From an uncultured Elusimicrobia bacterium (lineage in GTDB: Bacteria; Elusimicrobiota; Elusimicrobia; 2-01-FULL-59-12), in the NCBI GenBank assembly GCA_963702895.1, contig OY969767.1, forward strand, positions 2,208,001 through 2,272,000: a stretch of 64,000 nt of DNA, in the 5' to 3' direction. The translations under genes were made by a program, and so were the position numbers. Positions 9,347 through 19,000 of the stretch are shown here, piece by piece; the stretch's first letter is position 1, and each line of letters opens with the position of its first letter. Below the pieces are notes generated by a model. The model made no database searches and was not told the origin of the DNA. It saw only the letters and a program-made list of their open reading frames with translations.

Positions 9347-12300
9347 TTTATCACCACTACTTTTCCAGTCTTCTTGGCTCCGCCTTCCGCCTTCAGGTGA
9401 TAGACATAGATCCCCGAGGCCACCCGGTCGCCGCTTTCATTCGTCAGGTCCCAGGTGATGGAGCTGCTTGAGGTGGGCAGCGTCTTCACGTGATGCCCCG
9501 AGACCGTGAAGATCTTGATCTCGGTATCGATCGTGAGACTGTCAAAAGTGACGGACCTCGCCGCGTGCCGGTCGCTCCGCCAAGGGTTGGGATAGACCCG
9601 GACCTGATCGAGATTGGCTGACACCAGCGTTACCTGCGCCGATGCCGGTGAAGAGGCGCTGCCGGAGGCGTCATGGGCCGTGACGGTCACGAGGTATGTT
9701 CCCAGGTCAAGGTTCTGCGCGGCGAGGCTTGCGACCGTAGAAGCCGTGGTGAAAGAGGCGCTTGGAGCATGTCCCGCACTTAGCGTCCCGTGTCTCGCGT
9801 CTGGCGTCTCGCGTCCGACGTCAACCGCTGTCGGTGCTGGACTCGGGACCCGGGACCCGGGACTCGAGACTTGTGACGCGGGACTCGAGACTCGGGACGC
9901 GGGACTCGAGACTTGCGACGCGGGACTCGAGACTCGGGACGCGGGACCCACCATCGACGTAAACGTCCAACTGAAATACGCCGGCGCGACGGTGCCGCTG
10001 TAGCCGGCGCGCACTTCGGCGTTCACCGGCAAATACGCGGGCAAATTTAGTGTCGGCGTGGAGAGGCTCCCGGGCGGGGGAGGTGACGGCGGAGGGGGTG
10101 GCGGCAGCACGATCGGACAGCTGCCGGAGGGGCAATATTCATGCGCCCCTATGTCTGGAGCGGCCCCCCAAAGCACAAGGCGACCGCTAGAATCTCTAGA
10201 AAGATGAACCGGATCGCCACGACGGCGGGAGAGCGGAGATGAGAGCGTGATCAGGTTGGAGGCATAGTCGATGGAAGCGATTTGGGCCGCATTGCCCACC
10301 GAGCCCACAGCAATCCAATCCGGGTTCACAAGGCCGCCTTGACCATCCTGAAACATTCCAGCGTCATCCACCCGCAGGGAAACGCCGCTCTCAGGATCGT
10401 CGGCCGCCACATGGGTCAGGGGCCCACCTCGGTCCTTCGCGGGAGATTCCTCTTGAAGATTGAAATCGCCGCTCCCCGAATTCACAAACAAAGGATTTTG
10501 ATTCAGGACCACATTGGGTTCGCTCCGAATGGGATTTTGCCAGCCACACCCCGCACCACAGGAGGAGTTAAAGGCTAAATTGTTGGAGGCATAGAAACCT
10601 GGCTGTGAAGTCGTATCAAAGTTATAAACCTGGGCGTAATCACGGATGGTATCGGCATAAAGGTTGTTGATGATCTTGCCACCGGTCGAGCTATTCCAGC
10701 GGCCGGTCACGACCCATTCGGACGTCGCCGTATGCAAGGCCTGAAAGACCGTGTTGTTGTATTCCTTGATATTGTCGAATCCCGAATTCGCCACCATAAA
10801 ATAGCTTCCGATGGTGTCAACCGTATTGTGTCGAACGATCACGTTCTTGGCACCACAGGCCTGGCTATCCTGAAGCAGCAAAAAGTGGGCGTGACCGACC
10901 GGGGAGTTCCTCAAGATGTTGTTTTCATACAGGGCGTATTGCAGCGGGTTGGGGTAATAGGACGCGGCACAGGAGCTTTCGATCCCGTCAATGTGCAGGT
11001 GGTTGGAGGTTCCAGGGAAATCCGTCTCATAGGCGTCGTGGAGGACATTTTGGCGGACGACGTTAAACCGTCCCTCGAGCGCGATAAAATCGGTCACATG
11101 CGAAATGTCGTTGCCATCGATCAAGGTATGGTCACTAAAGGCGCCGATTCCGCGTGCTCCGTTGTTGGGAGCGGGCGTTTCGGAGCCACAATAGGAAATC
11201 GTATTGCTTTGGATCGTGATGTAGGAAGGCGGAGCGCTCTCATGCAAGCGGACGCAATTGCCCTGCGTGTGGTGGATCAAGTTGCGGAGGATCCGGGAAC
11301 CGGTCGAACTCTTGAAGTAGACAGCACCCCACGAATAGGAAGCACCGGCATGCTGCGTAAAACCCTGATCCGTAATTTCAAACCCCTGGATCACGATGTA
11401 ATTCTTTCCAATCACCCCAAATCCCGGCATTTTCACGCTGCCTTCCGCGAGAAAGGTGATCAGCTGCCCGGCTGAGCCGGAATGGGCAGGCCGAACATAT
11501 TCATCGTAAGACCCCGCGGCCACCCAGCAGGTGTCCCCCGCCACGGCGGCATTCGCACAGGCCTGGATCGTGGTGAAGTCTCCTGTTCCGTCGGGATGAA
11601 CTCGGTAGGCATGCCCACCCAGCGTCACGCTCTGCAGCGGATGCGGATAGGGGTAGGGGGTGTAGCCGGAATAGGCATTGGGACCCGAAGCGGTGAAGAC
11701 CATGGTGCCAACGCTTGGATAGGTCGTTCCGTCCGTCGGATAACTGCCGGAAGCTCCGTTGCATTGCGTGATTCCCGCCTGGCAGACAAAGGTCTCTCTG
11801 CCCCCCGTTGCCTGCGGGGCATGCAAGAAATAGTCCCTGTCTTTACGGATAAACGGATTAGAGACAGGATTTGCATTATCACCACAGGTTCCTGTTCCAG
11901 GCCCCGTGCAACAGAACATCGGAGTTCTACTCGCGATGCAATCGTAATTGGTAGGAGAGGTCTCTACAGAACCATAAGTCCCATCATTAAAGTCGTGCCC
12001 ACGGTACGTATTATTCCAGACAAACGTATTGTGAATCTGATCTTCAGCCGGCCACGCAACCCTGTGAACCGACCAATTATCGCTCGTATATTCTTCCTCG
12101 ACCAACATGATTCTGGGATTGTTGCTCACCGTGCCGGTGATGACATTGTTGTAAATAAGGTTTGCAGATCCGCGAGAGATGTACATAAAGTCGATTCGCT
12201 TTCCGGATTCTGTATTGTTGTAAAACTCGATGACCGACTGCCCTCTCCGTTGACATGAAGATGCTTGCCAGTAGCCGGCTCCCCCGCATCCGCCATCGGC

Positions 12301-13185
12301 GCTGCCGTGAGCCATGAAAGGAGTATAGGTACCCAGTGTATCGGGCACATCAGTGGCAGTAAAATCATTAAACCGAACCACCAGTTTCCCGCCGTTATGA
12401 GTCCCTATCTGTTCCTGGGTATAAGGCAATGTGTAACTTGCATTTGTAATGAAATGATTATCTTCAATGAAGAGAGCCTCGACCGTTCCGGCATCAAGGG
12501 ATGCCCATGAGGCGTCGGCGTTAGCCCGGCTTCCGGCACTAAAACCTATACTTTGTATCCCGTTGTAAAAATAATTATGGTCGATCAATCCTTTCATATG
12601 GTCAAAGGTGATAGGCACGTTTCCAAAATGAAACGTGTTGTGATCAATTCTGATTTGCCCGCCGTGAACGCCTCCCGCCATATCATGAACGCGGATGGCC
12701 GCCGCGGGAGTCCAGTTTGTCATCTGGAAAGTGAATCCGCTGACCCTGACAAGGCTGCTTGCGGTGAATCCCGTAATATTGAAGAACCCATCGGGCATAC
12801 CACCGCTTGCCGTTAATATCGTGTTGCCAGAACCTGCGCCCATGATGCTGAGCGGCTTGCTTACGTTCACCGCCGAAGTCCAAGTGCAGTTCCGTGAGGG
12901 GATCATCAGCACATCTCCAGCAGAGGCGCTGTTGATTGCCGCCTGCACGTCCGCCTGCGAACAGCTGGCGGCATTGATCGTGGCCGCCTGCGCCGGCGGA
13001 GCAGCCAGCAGCAAGAGAAGGCTGTATCGGAGTAACGGGGTAACGGGGTGTCGGAGTAACGGAGTAACGGTGTATCGGAGTAACGGAGTAACGGTGTATC
13101 GGGGTAACACCTCTAACAGCGTACTGTGTTCACGTTGCCGTGACTCCGGTACCCCGATACTCCGATACCCCGTTACGGAAATCAT
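9343..13185 (-). CDS. Secreted protein with two beta-helix modules and FlgD-Ig/T9SS-A-like CTD
   Basis: Same leader as 5810..9346, AASCSQADVQAA module, GDFTTIQAC module, DIGAHE, shared C-terminal domain. Confidence 0.88.
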   Translation of the reverse strand: MISVTGYRSIGVPESRQREHSTLLEVLPRYTVTPLLRYTVTPLLRHPVTPLLRYSLLLLLAAPPAQAATINAASCSQADVQAAINSASAGDVLMIPSRNCTWTSAVNVSKPLSIMGAGSGNTILTASGGMPDGFFNITGFTASSLVRVSGFTFQMTNWTPAAAIRVHDMAGGVHGGQIRIDHNTFHFGNVPITFDHMKGLIDHNYFYNGIQSIGFSAGSRANADASWASLDAGTVEALFIEDNHFITNASYTLPYTQEQIGTHNGGKLVVRFNDFTATDVPDTLGTYTPFMAHGSADGGCGGAGYWQASSCQRRGQSVIEFYNNTESGKRIDFMYISRGSANLIYNNVITGTVSNNPRIMLVEEEYTSDNWSVHRVAWPAEDQIHNTFVWNNTYRGHDFNDGTYGSVETSPTNYDCIASRTPMFCCTGPGTGTCGDNANPVSNPFIRKDRDYFLHAPQATGGRETFVCQAGITQCNGASGSYPTDGTTYPSVGTMVFTASGPNAYSGYTPYPYPHPLQSVTLGGHAYRVHPDGTGDFTTIQACANAAVAGDTCWVAAGSYDEYVRPAHSGSAGQLITFLAEGSVKMPGFGVIGKNYIVIQGFEITDQGFTQHAGASYSWGAVYFKSSTGSRILRNLIHHTQGNCVRLHESAPPSYITIQSNTISYCGSETPAPNNGARGIGAFSDHTLIDGNDISHVTDFIALEGRFNVVRQNVLHDAYETDFPGTSNHLHIDGIESSCAASYYPNPLQYALYENNILRNSPVGHAHFLLLQDSQACGAKNVIVRHNTVDTIGSYFMVANSGFDNIKEYNNTVFQALHTATSEWVVTGRWNSSTGGKIINNLYADTIRDYAQVYNFDTTSQPGFYASNNLAFNSSCGAGCGWQNPIRSEPNVVLNQNPLFVNSGSGDFNLQEESPAKDRGGPLTHVAADDPESGVSLRVDDAGMFQDGQGGLVNPDWIAVGSVGNAAQIASIDYASNLITLSSPLSRRRGDPVHLSRDSSGRLVLWGAAPDIGAHEYCPSGSCPIVLPPPPPPSPPPPGSLSTPTLNLPAYLPVNAEVRAGYSGTVAPAYFSWTFTSMVGPASRVSSPASQVSSPASRVSSPASQVSSPGSRVPSPAPTAVDVGRETPDARHGTLSAGHAPSASFTTASTVASLAAQNLDLGTYLVTVTAHDASGSASSPASAQVTLVSANLDQVRVYPNPWRSDRHAARSVTFDSLTIDTEIKIFTVSGHHVKTLPTSSSSITWDLTNESGDRVASGIYVYHLKAEGGAKKTGKVVVIK
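9783..9949. repeat. Heptamer-armed hairpin, same family as 6250-6416
   Basis: GCGTCnn / nGACnCG units with a few substitutions relative to the other copy. Confidence 0.85.
13024..13176. repeat. Octamer-armed palindrome encoding the protein leader
   Basis: Near-identical to 9185-9337. Confidence 0.85.
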
Positions 13186-16043
13186 TTTATCACCACCACT
13201 TTCCCCGTCTTTTTGGCTCCGCCTTCGGCCTTCAGGTGATACACGTAGATCCCCGAGGCCACACGGTCGCCGCTTTCGTTCGTCAGGTCCCAGGTGACCG
13301 AGCTGCTTGAGGTGGGCAGCGTCTTCACGTGGTGCCCCGAGACTGTAAAGATCTTGATCTCGGTATCGATCGTGAGACTGTCAAAAGTGATGGATCTCGC
13401 CGCATGCCGGTCACTCCGCCAGGGGTTGGGATAGACCCGCACCTGATCGAGATTCGCCGAGACGAGCGTCACTTGGGCTGAAGCAGGCGAGGAAGCATTG
13501 CCCGCCGCGTCAAAGGCTGTGACCGTCACCACGTAAGGCCCGAGGTCCAGTCCCGCCGTGGCGAGATTGGCCTGGGGGGTGCGGGTGGTGAAGGAAGCCG
13601 AAGGTGCCGGCTGCGCTCTAGGCTCTAGGCTCGAGGCTCCAGGGGAAGAAGAAGTGCTGTTGCCTAGAGCTTGGAGCCTGGAGCCTGGAGCGACACTTAC
13701 AGGGGTGAAGGTCCAACTGAAATAGGCCGCGGGCGTCGCGCCGGTGTAACCTGCCGTGATCTGGGCGTTGACCGGCAGATACTCCGGCAGATTGAGCGTC
13801 GGCGTGGAGAGGCTCCCAGGCGGTGGAGGCGGTGGAGGGGGTGGAGGAGGTGGAGGAGGCGGCGAAGTCGCCGCCTGGGTCGTCGCGCTGGCCGCGGCCG
13901 AGAGCGCCGAGATATTCCCGGCCGCATCATAAGCGGTCACGCGGTAGCTGTAGGTGGTCGAAGCCGAAAGGCCCGTGCTCGCATAGGACGTGCCCGAGCT
14001 GACGCTCGAGATCCAGACCCCATTGCGATAAATGCCGTAGCCTGCCACCCCGACCGCATCGGTCGAGGCGGCCCAGCTAAGATTGATCGTAGTGGAAGAA
14101 ACGGCCACCGCCACCAGGCCCGTCGGCACCGAAGGGGGGGTCGTGTCCGGCGGAGGGGGTGCTCCACTTGTTGCGGCGACGTAGAGGGTTTTGCTCGCGT
14201 AAAGCGGGTAAACCCTCACGCCGAGCGCTCCGCCGCCCACAGAGCAAGTGTAAGGACTTGCGTTGTCGACCGTGGTCGGGATGCGGTCTTCATAGCAAAC
14301 CACGAACCGGACAAGCTCCGCATCGGAAGGCGTTACGGTCACCACCCCGCCCGACTGAGAATAGGTCGCGCTCAAGGTGTAGCCGCCCGCCTTGTAGGGA
14401 TACGCCCCGATGTCGGGTGTGGCATCGTGACCGAAGTACACCGCCTCCCCGTTGGCCCATGTGAAGGACGGCGTAACGGTGATGGCGTTTCCTGAGATAC
14501 TCACCACGGTCACGACGTCGGTGCCGACCGTGATCGTATCGCCCACCACCACATTGCCGCCATATTGCGTGATGGTCGTATCATCATCAGAAAAGTAGCT
14601 GGCGTCACCCACCATGAACGTCGTGCCCGTATTGTTGGCGGACGTGACCGTCGTGAGCGGACCACCTGCATTTCGTGCGGGTGAGCCAGACTGAAGCGTA
14701 AAATCTCGAGTTGCCGCATTGGTCACTAATGGATTCGTATTCCGGAGAGAATGCGCTTCGGCGTTGATTGTACTCGCGTAATTGATCGATCCGCCTATAT
14801 CGTAAAAAATATTGTAGTCATGCACGGCGGGAGTATCATCATAGACACCGACTGGATTCGTCCCTGGCCACCACGCTTGGTGCCAGATATTGTTCAAGAC
14901 CCCTCGGCCAGCCGCGACGTTACTACCACGGTCATAAGTGACATAATGCGAGGCATATGCGATGGTTTCGTGATAAATTTTGAGGAAAGCCTGTCCGTCC
15001 GCAAGCCCAAAACACTGCCCGCCTGCGTTGCCATTACTGGACCAGACGTTTCGCCGGAATATCGTATAGGCGTCCAAGCTGGCTGAATTGGTTTCGATAT
15101 TGGTACAGTGATGTTCACTTCCGGACTCATCGGCGTAGAAATTCCCCTCATACAGTGAGTGGCCCAAGCCAATAGAATCCTGACCGGATTGAATGAAATC
15201 GGTATGAGATGAAGGAGCCGCATTCACATTATGGCTATAGTTGTTCAGTAGCCTATTTCTTTGCCCAAAGAGATAGATGAAGTCAACCTCGGGGGTGTCG
15301 GATTCGTTATAGGCAATGACGTTGCTGTTGCCACGAACCTGAAAATCTTTGAATGCGGAATGCTTAATCACATTGCCGATAAAGAGACAGTTGTTGGATT
15401 GGTATAGCCTAGCTCCGTTGTCCGTTCTTATGGAATCTCCTTCAAAGTTCTGTATGGTGTTATTCCATATCTCAACATAATCAGCATTTTGCAGGTAGAT
15501 CCCATCGTTTCTGGTATTTCCGCCTTCGACGATAAAACCTATCACTCGAATCCAATCGCCAGTAATGACCCATCCGAAATTCGTCACAGACCCATCAGCC
15601 ACGAAGGTGATGTAGTTTCCGGCAGACCCCGAGCTACTGGCCGTGACTACCTCTGCGTAAGTGCCCGCCTGCACCCGGATCACATCTCCCGCCGCGACGT
15701 GATCGGCCGCCCAGTCGATGGTCCGCCACGCCCCGCCCGAGGTGTTCGTCAATCCGGTGTTGGTGTTGTTCCCATCGGTGCGGACATAATAGGTCGCCGC
15801 CTGCGCCGCCGGAGCAGCCAGCAGCAAGAGAAGGCTGTATCGGAGTAACGGGGTAACGGTGTATCGGAGTAACGTAGTAACGGTGTATCGGAGTAACGGA
15901 GTAACGGTGTATCGGGGTAACACCTCTAAGAGCGTAATGTGTTTACGTTGCTGTGACTCCGATACTCCGATACGCCCCGCCATCACATCGTTGGCGGGCC
16001 CGCCGTGATGTAGTGGCGGGCGATACGCCGATACGAAGTTCAC
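13182..16043 (-). CDS. Secreted beta-helix plus FN3 protein with FlgD-Ig/T9SS-A-like CTD
   Basis: Leader and FN3 block nearly identical to those of 1131..5813; long poly-Pro linker; shared C-terminal domain. Confidence 0.88.
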   Translation of the reverse strand: MNFVSAYRPPLHHGGPANDVMAGRIGVSESQQRKHITLLEVLPRYTVTPLLRYTVTTLLRYTVTPLLRYSLLLLLAAPAAQAATYYVRTDGNNTNTGLTNTSGGAWRTIDWAADHVAAGDVIRVQAGTYAEVVTASSSGSAGNYITFVADGSVTNFGWVITGDWIRVIGFIVEGGNTRNDGIYLQNADYVEIWNNTIQNFEGDSIRTDNGARLYQSNNCLFIGNVIKHSAFKDFQVRGNSNVIAYNESDTPEVDFIYLFGQRNRLLNNYSHNVNAAPSSHTDFIQSGQDSIGLGHSLYEGNFYADESGSEHHCTNIETNSASLDAYTIFRRNVWSSNGNAGGQCFGLADGQAFLKIYHETIAYASHYVTYDRGSNVAAGRGVLNNIWHQAWWPGTNPVGVYDDTPAVHDYNIFYDIGGSINYASTINAEAHSLRNTNPLVTNAATRDFTLQSGSPARNAGGPLTTVTSANNTGTTFMVGDASYFSDDDTTITQYGGNVVVGDTITVGTDVVTVVSISGNAITVTPSFTWANGEAVYFGHDATPDIGAYPYKAGGYTLSATYSQSGGVVTVTPSDAELVRFVVCYEDRIPTTVDNASPYTCSVGGGALGVRVYPLYASKTLYVAATSGAPPPPDTTPPSVPTGLVAVAVSSTTINLSWAASTDAVGVAGYGIYRNGVWISSVSSGTSYASTGLSASTTYSYRVTAYDAAGNISALSAAASATTQAATSPPPPPPPPPPPPPPPGSLSTPTLNLPEYLPVNAQITAGYTGATPAAYFSWTFTPVSVAPGSRLQALGNSTSSSPGASSLEPRAQPAPSASFTTRTPQANLATAGLDLGPYVVTVTAFDAAGNASSPASAQVTLVSANLDQVRVYPNPWRSDRHAARSITFDSLTIDTEIKIFTVSGHHVKTLPTSSSSVTWDLTNESGDRVASGIYVYHLKAEGGAKKTGKVVVIK
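13614..13692. repeat. Heptamer-armed hairpin (GCTCTAG / CTGGAGC) in frame in the C-terminal Ig-like domain
   Basis: gctctag gctctag gctcgag gctccag ... ctagagc ttggagc ctggagc ctggagc. Confidence 0.85.
15837..16034. repeat. Octamer-armed palindrome encoding the protein leader
   Basis: Same as 5631-5804 with one extra 24-bp unit. Confidence 0.85.
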
Positions 16044-19000
16044 TTAATCACCACCACTTTCCCCGTCTTCTTGGCTCCGCCTTCCGCCTTCAGGTGATAG
16101 ACATAGATCCCCGAAGCCACCCGGTCGCCGCTTTCGTTCGTCAGGTCCCAGGTCACTGAGCTGCTTGAGCTCGGTAGCGTCTTCACGTGGTGTCCCGAGA
16201 CCGTGAAGATCTTAATCTCGGTATCGATCGTGAGACTGTCAAAAGTGACGGACCTCGCCGCGTGCCGGTCGCTCCGCCAGGGATTGGGATAGACCCGGAC
16301 CTGATCGAGATTGGCTGACACCAGCGTCACCTGCGCCGATGCCGGTGAAGAGGCGCTGCCGGAGGCGTCATGGGCCGTGACGGTCACGAGGTATGTTCCC
16401 AGGTCAAGATTCTGCGCGGCAAGGCTTGCGACCGTTGAAGCGGTGGTGAAAGAGGCGGAGGGAGCTCCGAAAGCGCGTCCGACGTCCGACGTGCGACGTC
16501 CAACGTCAACTCCAGACGTTTCATATGAGCCGCTTAGACGTCGGACCCGCCACACATCGGGCGGGCGCCTGTCGTGTGGAGCCTCGGACGTCGGACGGCT
16601 CACCGGTTCGCCGGTTCGGCCCACCTGAGTGAACGTCCAACTGAAATACGCCGGCGCCACAGACCCGCCGTAGCCGGCGCGGATCTCGGCGTTCACCGGC
16701 AGATAAGCCGGCAAGTTCAAGGTCGGGGTGGCCAGGCCGCCTGGTGGCGGAGGGGGCGGCGGAGGCGGAGGGGGTGGCAGGCCCGTTCTGAGCGGGTGGG
16801 GATAAGGATAAGGCGTATAGGAGGTTGACCAGGTGTTGGGCGCGGTGCATTGGTAGAGCGTGCCGGAAATCGGACTTGCCGGATTGGTACCGACCCGACC
16901 GGTGAGATCCGTGCAGGCTTGATCCGTGGCCCAATAGGCAACACCGGGCGTGCAGGTCGCCGGACGCGCGGCCAGCGTGCCGCACCCCATCCCCACAGTC
17001 CCATTGAAACCCGCCTGATGATTCCAATAATCAACATTTTCCGTAATGGTGTAAGGCGATCCGACCGCGGCATCGGCGCAGAAGTCCAAGCCTTTGGTCA
17101 TGGGGCGGAGAATTCCCCCACCGTAGTTCGCCCATACATACGAATTTTGAACATGCTGGGAGTACGCCGGGGAAGCGGGGCTTTGACAAGAATCACATGA
17201 ATACTGTGCATAGTACGGCTTGGCATAAGAAGAATCACTGGAGTTGTAAAACATTAACTGCCAACTACCCCTATGCGCCATCCAGGTGGAAAAATCCGGG
17301 CTATTGACGATCTTATTCCCGTAGTACTCGGATTTGATCGTGGACCATTGCTCACAAGAATCCTGATTAGGGTTGCAAGAACCGGCCACCGAGGGGCTGC
17401 AATTGGAATACCCGCAACAGCTATAACCCGGGCTCACTGACATGCTTTGCAATCCGTGATTGACCCACAGGCCCGAAAGGCCGGTGGCATTGGCCAGATC
17501 CGTGGTGTTGTACCGATAGACATAACCCGGCGCGCCCTGCCCGTGGTCGGTCAGTCCGCCCTCTATGGCCTGGGTAAAACGGATGGTGTTGTCCTCGATG
17601 AAGAAATTCGTCCCGGTCCCATACTCCCTCGGAACTAGCGCCCAGGAGACCGCGTCTCTCCCAAACGTTCTGATCACGTAGCCGACATTGATGAAATGAT
17701 TCAAATAGGCCACGCCATAAACCGGCCCGCTCACAACCACACCCGTATGTAAGGAATTCTGAAACGTGTTGTGGTGGATTTTGATATTGGACATGACTTT
17801 GGAGGTGCTTCCATTCCCTACGTAGAGAAGGCCTTGGTGCTTCGAAAGTGACTGGCCGTCCAAGGTAAATCCCGTGATTTCAAACGCCTCATTATGGGTC
17901 TGTGCCGTTGCATCCGGAATATAAGCGATCTGACCATGGTCGGAGGGTCCGTTCAGGGTAATCGTGGTGGGCCCCCCGATGCCACCCTGCAATTTGATGC
18001 CTTGGGTGAGGGAAAGCAATCGATTATACCCGCCGTAAGAAGTCTCGTTTGACCAGGTGCATGAACCGGCCGGAACGATGATCGTGTCCCCTCGTTCCGC
18101 AAGGTTCACAGCGGCCTGGACATCCGCCTGCGAACAGCTGGCAGCGCTGATCGGAGGCCGAACAAATTCATGGGCTCCCATATCCGGCGCCGTACCATTA
18201 AGCACCTCCCGGCCGCTCGAATCCTTATACAACCACACCGGCGCGTTGGCCGCCCAGCTGAGCGGGGATTTCAGCGTGATCGTGTTGGCCGCATAGTTGA
18301 TCGAGGCGATTGGCGCGCGATTGCCCGCACTCCCCACGGCAATCCAGTCCGCGAAGAAATTCACGTTCCGCGCCAGGTCGGACCCCCACGACCCATCCTG
18401 AAAATATAACGCATCGTTCACTTTCACGGTGATCGAGTTGCTTCCGGAGCCTACGGTGGTCGTTAAAGGGGCGCCCTGATCGATCGCAGGCGAATCCGAT
18501 TGAAGGCGTAAATCGGGCAGGGTCTTGCTGGTGGGATCGTCGAGAGAAGGATTGAGGAATTTAGGGTTGCCTTTGACGGTTGTCCAGTTATTTTCGATGG
18601 TCGCGATCCCCGGATAATCGGCTGGATTCAGTCCCGTGTCGACCGTGATATCAAGGCCCGTGTAGAGAGTCCCGGGATAGAGGTCCGGCAAACTCAGGTA
18701 GTACGAAAAATTATCGTAGACCAGATTGTTTTTGAGGACATTTTCGAGGGTCGCCGAATAAAGGGTGATCCCGGCGAGCTTCCCGGGGCATGTCGAGCAT
18801 CCCGGCTGCGTCTTCTGCATGTAAGGGTAGGTCCACCCGTTGTGGAAAAAGGTGTTGTTGTAGACCCGGTTGTTGGTCGAGCCGGTCCCGCCCGCGCCAA
18901 TCTTGCCGTAGGAGGCGTACTTAAAATAGAGTCCCGCCTGCTGGCCATTGTAAATGGAGTTGAACCGGACGATGTTTTTCGGCGCCGCCAGAGACAACAC

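Noticed and set aside
5631..16034. Repeated leaders or REP hairpins as a CRISPR array
   Set aside because: No repeat-spacer periodicity and no cas genes; the units are tandem and palindromic.
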